DNA of 59,688 bases, taken from positions 18,034,936 to 18,094,623 of the forward strand of contig NC_068987.1 of NCBI RefSeq assembly GCF_001194135.2. Direction: 5' to 3'. Positions 13,540-25,681 of the stretch are shown here, one piece after another. The notes beneath the pieces were generated by a model. The model ran no database searches, had not been told where the DNA came from, and saw only the letters and a list, made by a program, of their open reading frames with translations. The stretch's first letter is position 1. The number at the start of each line of letters is the position of its first letter. Origin of the DNA: Octopus bimaculoides (taxonomy: Eukaryota). The translations under genes and the position numbers were made by a program.

Positions 13540-14453
13540 AATGACAGGTAGAAATCCGTTGGTGCAAAATCAAGAGAGTACGGTGAGTGTGGCAGCACAT
13601 CCCAGCCATGCGTTTGAATGGCTTCCTTGGTCATATTGGTGATATGAGGGCGGCCGTTGTCATGCAGCAGAAGAACTCCATGCTACCAATTAGGTCTTTT
13701 CTCTCGAATAGCCGTGTTGAGTTGTTCCATCTGTTGAACATAGAATTCCGCGTTGACCGTTTGGTTCCGTTCAAGCAATTCGTAATGGAAAATCCCTTCC
13801 CAGTCCCACCATACGCACAACATCGTTTTACGCGGATGAAGATCTTGTTTCACGCGCGGTGTCGCTTGTTTACTGGGGCTAAGCCATTCCTTACGCTGCT
13901 TCATATTGATGTACAGGCACCATTTTTGTCACCAGTAACGATTCGGTAAAGAAATCGTTGCTTGTGTCCATGAGTTGAGTGGTGACGAACAGGCAAACCA
14001 GTAGAGATTGTGGCTCACTGATTTTTGTCGTTGTCACTTAAAGCATGCGGAACCCATTCTCCATACTTCTGAACCTTACCCATCGAGTGAAGATGCTTCT
14101 CTCTAGCAGTGTGGGAGCATTCCGTTTTCTCTGCAAGTTCCCTTGTCGTTTGACGAGAATTTTCGTGCAAAAGTTGGTTTAATCGCTCTTCATCGAACTC
14201 AACAGGACGGCCAGAACGAGGCGCGTCTTTGAGGTCAAAATTTCTATTTTTGAACTTGTCATACCAATCACGAGCGGTTTTATCAGCTATGGCATCCCCT
14301 CCATACACAGCACGACTGTCGCGAGCAGCTTTTGCGGCCTTAGAACCTTGATTAAAAGCAAAAAGAAGAAGGTGTCGAAAATGCTCGTTTTTCTTAGCTT
14401 GACATTCCATTTTAATGATCTGAAAATAAACAAAAATTAACTAGAAAAAAACC
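13540..14453 (-). pseudogene. Mariner (DD34D) transposase pseudogene, 3'-truncated; 5' end runs into a gap
   Basis: From ATG 14410: MECQAKKNEHFRHLLLFAFNQG..DAPRSGRP..WVPHAL, in-frame TGA at 14015-14017, IVTGD plus a 1-nt frameshift to (E)KWCLY, HPRKTMLCVWWDWEGIFHYELL, TAG, LLLHDNGRPH, then PHSPYSLDFAPTDF. I count 34 residues between the second and third Asp. Confidence 0.95.
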
Positions 14454-15059
14454 NNNNNNNNNNNNNNNNNNNNNNNNNNNNNNNNNNNNNNNNNNNNNNN
14501 NNNNNNNNNNNNNNNNNNNNNNNNNNNNNNNNNNNNNNNNNNNNNNNNNNNNNNNNNNNNNNNNNNNNNNNNNNNNNNNNNNNNNNNNNNNNNNNNNNNN
14601 NNNNNNNNNNNNNNNNNNNNNNNNNNNNNNNNNNNNNNNNNNNNNNNNNNNNNNNNNNNNNNNNNNNNNNNNNNNNNNNNNNNNNNNNNNNNNNNNNNNN
14701 NNNNNNNNNNNNNNNNNNNNNNNNNNNNNNNNNNNNNNNNNNNNNNNNNNNNNNNNNNNNNNNNNNNNNNNNNNNNNNNNNNNNNNNNNNNNNNNNNNNN
14801 NNNNNNNNNNNNNNNNNNGAGAGAGAGAGAAGGAGACATACATACACACATATGTATGTATATATATATATATATATATAAACATTTACTTATATATGTC
14901 TGCAAATACATATATATATATATATATATATATATGTAAATGCGCGTGCACACACACACACACACACGCACACACTCAAATAGAGTTCCCACAGCGATCA
15001 TTCAGAAAAGGATGTAGAGTAATTCCATTAGAAAAGAACTGGTGGAGGTGGTGTGGTGG

Positions 15060-15175
15060 CGGCGGTGGTGTGATGTGGTGTCGGTGTGGTGGTAGCGGTG
15101 GTGATGGTGGGAGCAGTAGCATAAACAACAGTTGCTACTACTATCATTACTACCATTACTACTGCTGTTGTTACT

Positions 15176-15250
<75 letters not shown>
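15060..15250 (+). repeat. (GGT)n-like, (CTA/TAC)n-like and (AGT)n trinucleotide repeats
   Basis: Directly visible; long perfect AGT run at about 15176-15248. Confidence 0.93.
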
Positions 15251-15594
15251 TCGTCAAAGACTTCATCATATGCGACAAGATCCGTTGTGAATTTCCCTTC
15301 TTAATATGGCTTCTAATTAACAGTAATTAAGTTTCGTTTTGTTAACAACAAAGTTTCCTTTTGTGTCAGAATATGAAGTCTCTCTTCGCAGACTCTGTTT
15401 AACTAGCTTAATTGGCCAGCTTCGCCAACTTTAATCAAATAAATAAATAAGTAAACAAATAAATAAATAAATAAATATACAGCTTATCGCTAAAGCATAT
15501 CCTAGTTTCAAATAAACACTACTTTCAGACAAGATTCGAGACTTTAAAAACATAAAACCTAAGTTCTATTTCAATTTTGCAAAAAATCCTTCTT

Positions 15595-15970
15595 CTGTAC
15601 CCAACAAACAATTTTACCACAAGTTTTATGACAGTAGATTTATGGCCAATGAAGAGGCCTCTACTGGGTTACTCAGACAGCTAGAAATATCTACCAAAGT
15701 TCCTCAAATCACGCATTATTCTCTATCTCAATTTCTCTTTGCCTCCACAAACAATTTTACTGTGTGTTTTACGTCAGTAGATTTTTGGCCAATGATAAGG
15801 CCGCTACGGGATCGTTCGGGCAGTTAAAAATATCTGCCAAAAATTCCTCAGGTCACACATTGTTCCCTATCTCAATTTCGTAAAAGACCTTTCTCTCTGC
15901 TTCCACAAACAATTTTACCATGTGTTCAATGGTAGTAGATTTCTGGCCAGTGAAGGGGGCCTCTACGGGC
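15595..15970 (+). repeat. Diverged tandem repeat, about 2.4 copies of a 143-158 bp unit
   Basis: ACAAACAATTTTAC starts at 15604, 15747 and 15905, each followed by GTAGATT..TGGCCA(A/G)TGA..GGCC.CTAC; AAATATCT(A/G)CCAAA..TTCCTCA..TCAC.CATT.TTC.CTATCTCAATTTC occurs in the first two units. Confidence 0.9.
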
Positions 15971-18900
15971 AACTTTGTATGTATACTTTTTCCACAGTGT
16001 GTAATATCATGAAATATAACATACATACAATAATTATAATTTGACTTATATCAAATTTATCTTTGCTGATTCAAAATGATAAAATGAATTCTAATTTTCA
16101 ACAGAAAAATAAAAGAATACTTTAAAATAAAATTGAATTGGATTGGATTGGATTGGATTGGATAGCCTATGCTCAGTAAACTGCAGGACAAATGCCTCAG
16201 CATTTTCTCTCCACCAACTACAGTCTGATGTGATGGCCATGAATTTGAGTTTGGGATCATACTGTTTTGATAAGCCTACTCTGCCACACTGCCTTCACAT
16301 GGCTTGGTAGATGAATGCAGTTTTTATACTCTTACTCAGGAATAGTTAAGTCGATTACATCCACCCCACAGAAAATATGGAACATTTCCATCCGGCTCCC
16401 ATTGACCTTATTCATGTCTCTTTTTACTAATCGCCAACACGCTGAGCATACATTAAGACAGATTTGTGACTGCTAGTGTAGAATTCAATTTCGGCCAAAC
16501 CACTGTACCGCATATTTCATTACTGTAACCACGACAACGAGTAAAATTTGAGGATAATCCCCAAGTATGACCATTCACCTTAAGAAGTCTGTAATTCAGA
16601 ACCACATTAATGAAAACTGGCTCAATTTGAAGCATCATTATAACTAATATTTAAAATACTTACAAACAACCAACGGAACCTTTGGTCATTCGAAAAGCAA
16701 GTAAGATTCAATTTATGATGTTCAAATGGAATCACTACCAAATCTTTTCATATTGGTTGCTCTACTGCCACTGACACTTGAGATCTTTAAGCGATAAATT
16801 GAATAAGATTATAGGAAATTTTACACAGAATATATCTACATGTTTTTAACCTTGTCTAGATTCTCTTAATAGAATATCGAATCTCATACTTAGAATTCTA
16901 TGAATAAGTAGTGTTACTGCCTTGTATTAGAAAATATAATGTTTCATGTGACTTCTTAATCTCACTATCGCCTCTCCTTCTTCTTAAATCTATGAAACTG
17001 CGAGAACTTGGTGGTTCTTAATAAGAAAGATATATGAATATACGTTGACACTTATATCATGCTTTTTAGATGCTATCATGTATGTCAAAAGGATAACACG
17101 TCTATATTTAAAGTTCAACACCAAAATGTTTCTAAAGAAAAATTTATTGAAACTATTGTTGCTATAAGATTTAGTGTTTACTTTAGTAGCTACTTCACAA
17201 CTTTGGCACATAAAATATCTGTTTTCATTACTGATTTTCAAAATGGTGCAAGATATAGTATTTCTCTTGCGATGATTTTTAAGACTGACACAAGACCTAT
17301 AGTAATGAATCCTCACTTTATCACATTGGTACAGTTACACAGTAGAAGTTTGGTATTAACTTTATCGACCTTGAATGTATAACATGTGAGGTCTATCTTT
17401 TGAAGATAGAGATACGCAAAGCAGTATGATAGTTAAGCCGAATGCCTATAATTTTTGTCAGCCAAATATCGTATTTTATATATTTAGTAACGATCTTTCA
17501 TTTCCACACAAAATCACAAATTTGTATTAAGTTTGTGTAACAAACAAAGCAAGAAACAATTAACCCTAAGGACATTTGTACTGACAACTTAAAAAGGTGA
17601 TTATATATCTCAATAGATTTGGTTCGGCACGCTTCAGCTTCTGTCATAGTACGGTTTTGTATTTTTTTCATAGCCCTTTCAAAAAGAATATATTGCACCC
17701 GACAAGAACCCATAGTATGAAACGAGCCCACGATGAAGCCTCTTTGTCACCATTCAGGTTTACTAGGAATAGCAGCGAAATTTCTCTCAAATCACATTGC
17801 ACCGTCTTAGGAAAAGAACACATAGGATAATATTGCCTTTGGTTACCTACATACAAGGAAAAGGCAGGATGATCACGGCTGAAATGTGCTTGATAATAAG
17901 TCTTCACGATAAGTGTTAATCTGGAGCTAATCTCAAAAGAACATCATCACCAGCAGCAACAACATTGTACGACAAATGCGGAGAAGAATCAGTGGTTTTT
18001 CACGTCTCGTCGTTCACCCGGCAACTACTCGAACTGTGCTAACCTGGAACTATACGACGGCCACAACAACCACGACAAAAACAAACAGCAATAAGAACAG
18101 CATATTTTCTGCGTATTTGAACGTCATCAGTAGCAAGCATCCACCAGCAACCACATGCTTAAGCAAATTTAGCTTCTACTGATATAGAAAAACAGTGATT
18201 AACAAATCAGTGGTACTGTAAATAGCAGACAGGCGACGGAAATAGTATTATTTCATAACAGAATTTCGTATGTCTTACACAACGTGGAAAGCCACAAGAC
18301 TTTGACGCTCGTCTCGAGAAAGCATCTCATATGGATATATAGTACTAAAAATCACAAAAGAAAGTCAGTCAGTAGCAGACGAAAAGCATCCCACAGCAAC
18401 GGGGGGGTCCGTGCTCTGATAGAAACCGCTTGTTCGAATTGTCGCACAACAAAATAGAATTATGAAACTCAGAACCTAATCATGGCAAACAAAACGTCAC
18501 GACTACATAACCGAGCTTGTAGTCAGTTATTTTTTTTCCTAAAATATCCTTCCATATCATTGCTTCATTGTGTTCTAATCTCAATGAGTATCACAAAAAA
18601 GTCATACAGTAATTTGAGATTGGTTATTGACATAAGCAAATCCAATTTCCACAGAAAATTCTATCGGAATTGTCCAACTTACATGTGAATGTTAAGTTGC
18701 TATCTGTATCCAAAGACTATATATGTAAGGATTTTTATGTATGTGTCTGTAAGTATATATGTATATATAGAGAGAGAGGGGGAAGGGAGGGAGAGAAAGA
18801 CAGACAGACGGACAGACAGAGGAAGAGAGGTGAAGGCGATGGAGATTCAGAAAGGAAATGAGACACAGATTGAGAATATATATATATGTATATAGACATA

Positions 18901-20744
18901 TTTATAGATACATATATACAATACGTTGTATATATGTATATATATGTATTTATATATTTACATTTATATATATAGACACGCACACATATACATAGATGCA
19001 TAGATGGACACAAATGAATATATGTGTGTGTATACATATATACATATACATATATATGTATGTATTTTTACGCATATGAATATAAAAACATATACATATA
19101 TACATATACACAAATGTNNNNNNNNNNNNNNNNNNNNNNNNNNNNNNNNNNNNNNNNNNNNNNNNNNNNNNNNNNNNNNNNNNNTATATATATATATATA
19201 TATTGCTCCTATCACGCAATCTCATTCAATGTCATAGGAAATAATTCATTTAGGAAACAACTGTAACTTCTTTTATCCCTTATCACATATCTCAATTACC
19301 ATACAAAGAAGCGAGTAAAATCCTAATTCAAATCGTCTTCCATTACCAGAAGTGCAATACAGATCCCGATTCAAGAGAGGACATATGTTTTATTTCTGTT
19401 ATATTTTATATGACATTCTCTTCAGTGGTAAGTTAAAATACAGCATTAACAAAATGATATGCAATAGATACACTTCTAGATTTCGATTAGGGTTTGTTTG
19501 TTTTTTTCGTAAATCGCATACACATATGTACATGCATACGTACATATATATACGCTCTGACGCATACATATATTTTATCTTTCTACAGGTTTCAAGCACA
19601 AACTGTGGACATGATGTGGCGCTGCCATTAGTATTGTTTATAATTTATTTGAAACCCGATTCCCAATCCTCTCTCAAGATTCGGTTCTGGTGAAACAGTG
19701 AGTTGAACAAAGCTCCCCTTCTTTGCGTTCCTTAAGGGGAAGTGGCTTTATCTAATATTTCAGATATAAAATTTCTCTCGATGTTCTGTGAACATCGACG
19801 TGTAGATAATCTTTTAGCTTCTTCCAGCAGCCCATCTGTTGAAGTAAGACAGTCTTCTTTTGGAATAGGACTTAGGTTACTTCGAGTTCCACTTATTTGG
19901 GAGCAGTCGTCCAGGGGACTGAGCTCGAATGTTCTCCGTAGGATCAACATGGTTCTGAATCATCTCAGATTCTAACTAGAAAATGGCCTGCACATTGCTG
20001 TCATTTTAGTAATATGCCCACGCACACATACATACATACATACATACATACACACAGACACACACACACACACACACACACACANNNNNNNNNNNNNNNN
20101 NNNNNNNNNNNNNNNNNNNNNNNNNNNNNNNNNNNNNNNNNNNNNNNNNNNNNNNNNNNNNNNNNNNNNNNNNNNNNNNNNNNNNNNNNNNNNNNNNNNN
20201 NNNNNNNNNNNNNNNNNNNNNNNNNNNNNNNNNNNNNNNNNNNNNNNNNNNNNNNNNNNNNNNNNNNNNNNNNNNNNNNNNNNNNNNNNNNNNNNNNNNN
20301 NNNNNNNNNNNNNNNNNNNNNNNNNNNNNNNNNNNNNNNNNNNNNNNNNNNNNNNNNNNNNNNNNNNNNNNNNNNNNNNNNNNNNNNNNNNNNNNNNNNN
20401 NNNNNNNNNNNNNNNNNNNNNNNNNNNNNNNNNNNNNNNNNNNNNNNNNNNNNNNNNNNNNNNNNNNNNNNNNNNNNNNNNNNNNNNNNNNNNNNNNNNN
20501 NNNNNNNNNNNNNNNNNNNNNNNNNNNGTGTCTTTCGCACATGTTTCACTGAGACATCGTGCATGGGAGAAACTGTGCTTTGTATGGCAGTAAAATTTCG
20601 TTTTTGTGATTACTTTCGTTAAAAGGCCTCTTCCTTCAAGTCTTTCACAGGTTCCTTTATCCCTTTCCACCGATGTTATTGGATTAGATTTGTTCTTGAA
20701 TGGACAGCCCGGTGTAGCGCATCCACGTTGTTATTCAGCGCGGA

Positions 20745-20915
20745 GCTCTTATTGTTATTATTATTATTATCATTATTATTATTATTATTATTATCATTAT
20801 CATTACTACTACTACTACTACTACTACTACTACCACTACTACTACTACTACTACTACTTTTATTACTAGTATTATTATTTTCTTTGTTGCAACTATTACT
20901 ATTATCATTATCATT
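20745..20915 (+). repeat. (TTA)n-(CTA)n compound microsatellite
   Basis: Directly visible. Confidence 0.92.
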
Positions 20916-21349
20916 TCATTTGAATATATCAATTCCTGACGACGTTTGTATGAATCTGCGCAAGTAACGTAAACCTCTCAGTAATCTGTTATATTGTCAC
21001 CGCTAACTTCAGTATTTCTTTCAGAGACAACAATGAGAAGAAAACAATGGCATTTGCAGATTTAGGCTGATCATCATCAGCATTATTTTATTTTCACAAA
21101 CTGTTGCAGTCAATATACGTAACCGATGCATATTACAAATCACGAATAGGCGGAATTGTTTATATTTATGTTTGATATCTATTAGTTGTAATCGAAATTT
21201 CAAAGAAAACATTTCACTTCAAAGTAATATTAGAAGCACGTCAGAGAAAACATGATATTTATGAAGATACACGACGGCATATGCATGCATGTATGTACGT
21301 ATGTATGTATGTATGTATATGTGTGTATGGGTGTGTGGGTGCATGTATG

Positions 21350-21389
<40 letters not shown>

Positions 21390-22226
21390 TAAGACACACC
21401 TATANNNNNNNNNNNNNNNNNNNNNNNNNNNNNNNNNNNNNNNNNNNNNNNNNNNNNNNNNNNNNNNNNNNNNNNNNNNNNNNNNNNNNNNNNNNNNNNN
21501 NNNNNNNNNNNNNNNNNNNNNNNNNNNNNNNNNNNNNNNNNNNNNNNNNNNNNNNNNNNNNNNNNNNNNNNNNNNNNNNNNNNNNNNNNNNNNNNNNNNN
21601 NNNNNNNNNNNNNNNNNNNNNNNNNNNNNNNNNNNNNNNNNNNNNNNNNNNNNNNNNNNNNNNNNNNNNNNNNNNNNNNNNNNNNNNNNNNNNNNNNNNN
21701 NNNNNNNNNNNNNNNNNNNNNNNNNNNNNNNNNNNNNNNNNNNNNNNNNNNNNNNNNNNNNNNNNNNNNNNNNNNNNNNNNNNNNNNNNNNNNNNNNNNN
21801 NNNNNNNNNNNNNNNNNNNNNNNNNNNNNNNNNNNNNNNNNNNNNNNNNNNNNNNNNNNNNNNNNNNNNNNNNNNNNNNNNNNNNNNNNNNNNNNNNNNN
21901 NNNNNNNNNNNNNNNNNNNNNNNNNNNNNNNNNNNNNNNNNNNNNNNNNNNNNNNNNNNNNNNNNNNNNNNNNNNNNNNNNNNNNNNNNNNNNNNNNNNN
22001 NNNNNNNNNNNNNNNNNNNNNNNNNNNNNNNNNNNNNNNNNNNNNNNNNNNNNNNNNNNNNNNNNNNNNNNNNNNNNNNNNNNNNNNNNNNNNNNNNNNN
22101 NNNNNNNNNNNNNNNNNNNNNNNNNNNNNNNNNNNNNNNNNNNNNNNNNNNNNNNNNNNNNNNNNNNNNNNNNNNNNNNNNNNNNNNNNNNNNNNNNNNN
22201 NNNNNNNNNNNNNNNNNNNNNNNNNN

Positions 22227-22330
22227 NGAAATGATAAGGTTGAGAAACGCTGTTATAGATTATGCCTAACCGAAAACGATCACAGCCACATCATCCAAAC
22301 AGGCCGGGTGAAACCGGGTTTAGCTGCTAG
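22227..22330 (+). mobile_element. Probable Helitron 3' terminus; rest of the element in the gap
   Basis: GC-rich hairpin-like GCCGGGTGAAACCGGG, about 8 nt spacer, CTAG at 22327-22330, then T. This is the canonical Helitron 3' signature and resembles the end at 44605. Confidence 0.55.
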
Positions 22331-24369
22331 TATAAGTATATATATATATATATACGATATACAAATGTGATTACTTGTCATGTATTTTAAATTTAGATTA
22401 CACTTCATAATAATATAAAATATATATCATGTAGATAGGTGTGTGTATGTGTGTGTAAGTGAATATGTATGTATGTGTATATATATATTGTTTGTGTATA
22501 TATATGTATACGCATACATGCATATATACACACACACGCTAAATACTATATAGACAGTGAGTGAGTGAGTGAGTTATTTATTTCTTTTACCAGGCGTACG
22601 TGTGTATATGTGATGTGTGTGTAACTGTTTCAGTACGACAGTCAGACATGAAGCGCATAGACTCATTAGCGTGTGTGTGAGTGTGTGTGTCTACCTGTGT
22701 GTGCATGTACGCGTGTGCACGTGTGTGTGCGTGTATATGAGTATGTGTGTGTGAGTGTATGTATCTGTGTGTGTGCGTGCGTGTGTGTGTGTATGTGTTT
22801 GTGATAAAATCCGACACACAATAACATCTAGTTCTATTGGCACATTACAATGAAGATTCGATTCCAGAACGGAAATTACTGTTGAGTGCTGTCTGTAAAC
22901 GTCTCGGTCATGCTATGTTACACACACAGTAGAGTCACTATTATCTTTTTATTTCTAGACATAAATATGTATTTTCTCCCTCGACCTCAAATGTTGCTAT
23001 TAAAAGCCGCTCGAGCAGCTTCTCACGAAATTTCCCAATCTGTTTTTACTTTATATCTGTATATTCTTTTTTTTTTTTTTTTGCTTGCTGCGTCTTTATT
23101 TCTTATCTTCAGCGACATAAGCAGTCATAAGGTGAAAAACCCTGTCTAATAGTTATAATTATTTTCGTAACAACTTGTCACCTTACAGTTGTTCCTTGCC
23201 CCAGTTCACATTTGTTAAGACTAAAGCGTTTACTTTTTTTTTGCTTCGTGTAAAAGGAACACGTACCACTTGTCTGGTGGTCCATCTGTTACTAACAACT
23301 TCTGAAAAGTGGGCTTGGTATGATGTGGATTCTAATTTGCAGACATGCGCTAAAACTGCTCCACCTGCAGAGTTTTTAAAACGGTGAGTAGTTATCATCT
23401 GCGTTTATTAAACATGTCTTTCCACAACTCATCTCTTTGACGGAGCAGCAATCATGACGAAATAGTAACCAAGAAAAGCGCTCCAGTGTCGTCAGACGTA
23501 CACCGCTCTCTATCAGTCAGGCATTGAAGCTGGTGGAAGTTCTACGGTGGCAAGGTATAGGGATCTAGTATTGAATAATAAGATAGATGATTTTCTCGAA
23601 GAGACTCTAGTCGTCGACGAGAACAAACTAGCTTGTCTTTTTCAAAGGAATTTTAGGTCGGAAACTACCATAGATAACTTCGAAAAATCCCTGGCCTAGC
23701 AGTGCTACTAAGATACATCGCCGGTTCGAGATAAACTCTACGGGTATGGAAGTGCCGTCTAGCGAGACTGTCGGAAATATGTTCAGAATGACAAAACAGT
23801 ACTGCATGCACCGATGCAATGTCCATGAACTGCTCTGATTTGTAGAGTTACGTCGAACAGCTGTTTTTGCGTATAGGACGAAATTATCAGCTGACTCCAC
23901 CGTCAGGATCACCATACCATCCACTTTAACAATGTGGGAAAGGCAGTGTTCCTCCGTCTGGTGACTATGACGAAAGCGGTTGTGTGGCCGACGAAGTAGA
24001 CATTTTAAAGTTCCATTTGGAAGGAAAGTAAGGATGGAAACGGAAGTGTTCTCTCTAAGTGAAATGAACCTACTTTGGGAAAGTACTTGTAGAGTGAAGA
24101 ACAAAAGTTAAGCGAAGGCTTATGCCCTTAGTGGTCAGGATGATTCTGTATTGTGTAGTTCTTTGTTGGGTCTTAGAATGAGGCTCTCCTGTATCAGGCG
24201 GTCTGCATGATAGATGTATTAACATTTTTTAATGTATAATATAAATAATTTTATGCCATTTTCCCTTCCTCTCCCTTACTTCACCTCATCTTTTATGTCA
24301 ACCCCAGACAAATTGTAAACTGTCCTGGCAATTACAACAAATAATAATCATTACTGTTGTTGCTGTTGG

Positions 24370-24485
24370 GGTGGACAGCTGGCAGAACGTTAGTACGTCA
24401 AGATAAAATGCGCAGCGGCATTTCTTCTGGCTCTTTACATTCTGAGTTCAAATCTTGCACAAACGAGATCGATGTAATCGACTTA
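24370..24485 (+). mobile_element. SINE family A, internally deleted copy
   Basis: AGCTGGCAGAACGTTAGTACG..CATTCTGAGTTCAAATC jumps to GATCGATGTAATCGACTTAC. Confidence 0.75.
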
Positions 24486-25413
24486 CTTTTTTAGTGGTGG
24501 TGACTCTCATGGTTATTATCGTGATGGTGGTCATAGTGGTCGTAGCAGTCGTGGTGGTCACCCCTAATGGAACAGGTCTCTGATTAAAAAACGTTCCAGC
24601 TCTGACCATTGATTTCCTCTCGTCTAAACATGGACATATGCATTAACTACATACTAAATATTGTTCTTCTATTATGTTATGGCATTAGAGAGAAACATTT
24701 GGCTGATATTTCTAGCATGGCAAATAACCATATAGAAGCACCCTCGTTCACTTGGCATTACAATGTTTAATTTCGGATGAGAAGGACAAAGCAAGATCAC
24801 AATACATACTAAAAATCGATTGTATCATTGTACAAATCGATTGTATGATTATCCCATACAAACTCGAATCGATTATCAAGAGACTTTGAGAAATCTAAGA
24901 CAACCAAGCAAATCAGGAATAAATATTGGAAGAACAGTAAATCTGAAATGAACTTCTGTTAAGCTGGAAGTATGCATTACTGCATTACAAAAGAGACGAG
25001 ACACCATTTACACATTCTGTTCCTCAGAGACATAAACATCTCTAATTCGCCAACACTAACCCGACCCTGTCCTCCAAGTCACGCTCAATATTCTAGCTTG
25101 AAGTTTTCTGCTTCTGTCTCGGCATCCTTAGAATTCACTTCCTCCGCTCCCATCTAAATAACTCATATTTATGTTTCAACCAAATGGCTGAAGCATTAAG
25201 TGCGTCAGATAGCATGCAATCACAGCCCCATGTTCAAATCTCACTGAGGTCAAATTACCCTTGGTTTTCACGCTTCCGGTGTCGATGAAAAATTAACCAA
25301 TTCAGCTTGGTAGTTTCACAGAACTGTAACAACGTCGAAACGGATGCCTTGCAATATTTGTTCTGAAATTTTACGCTGTGAGTTCAAATCCTGCAATGGC
25401 CTAATTGTTTGAG

Positions 25414-25419
<6 letters not shown>

Positions 25420-25444
<25 letters not shown>

Positions 25445-25681
25445 GCACTCCGTCGCTTCCGACGTCGAGGGTTCCAGTTGATTCGATCAACGAAACAGCC
25501 TGCTCGTGAAATTAACGTGCAAGTGGCTGAGCATTCCACAGATACGTGTACCCTTAACGTAGTTCTCGGGGATATTCAGCGTGACTCAGTGTGACAAGGC
25601 TCGCCCTTTGAAATATAGGTACAAGAGAAACAGGAAGAAAGAGTGAGAGAAAGTTGTGGTGAAAGAGTACAGCAGGGTTCG
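25420..25681 (-). mobile_element. SINE family C, 3' portion with (ACA)n tail; head lost in the gap
   Basis: Colinear and highly similar to 36859-37095 (CTCCGTCGCTT..CAGCCTGCTCGTGAAATTAACGTGCAAG..GAAAGAGTACAGCAGGGTTC); flanked by (TTG)n. Confidence 0.9.

Noticed and set aside
16990-17382. Overlapping 107-108 aa ORFs on both strands
   Set aside because: No domain similarity or convincing splice context; length is attainable by chance in 60 kb.
20560-20930. Minus-strand N/S-rich frame and a CATPGCPF zinc-finger-like peptide
   Set aside because: The two pieces are in different frames bounded by stops, the N/S part is a microsatellite, and the remaining zinc ligands are absent.
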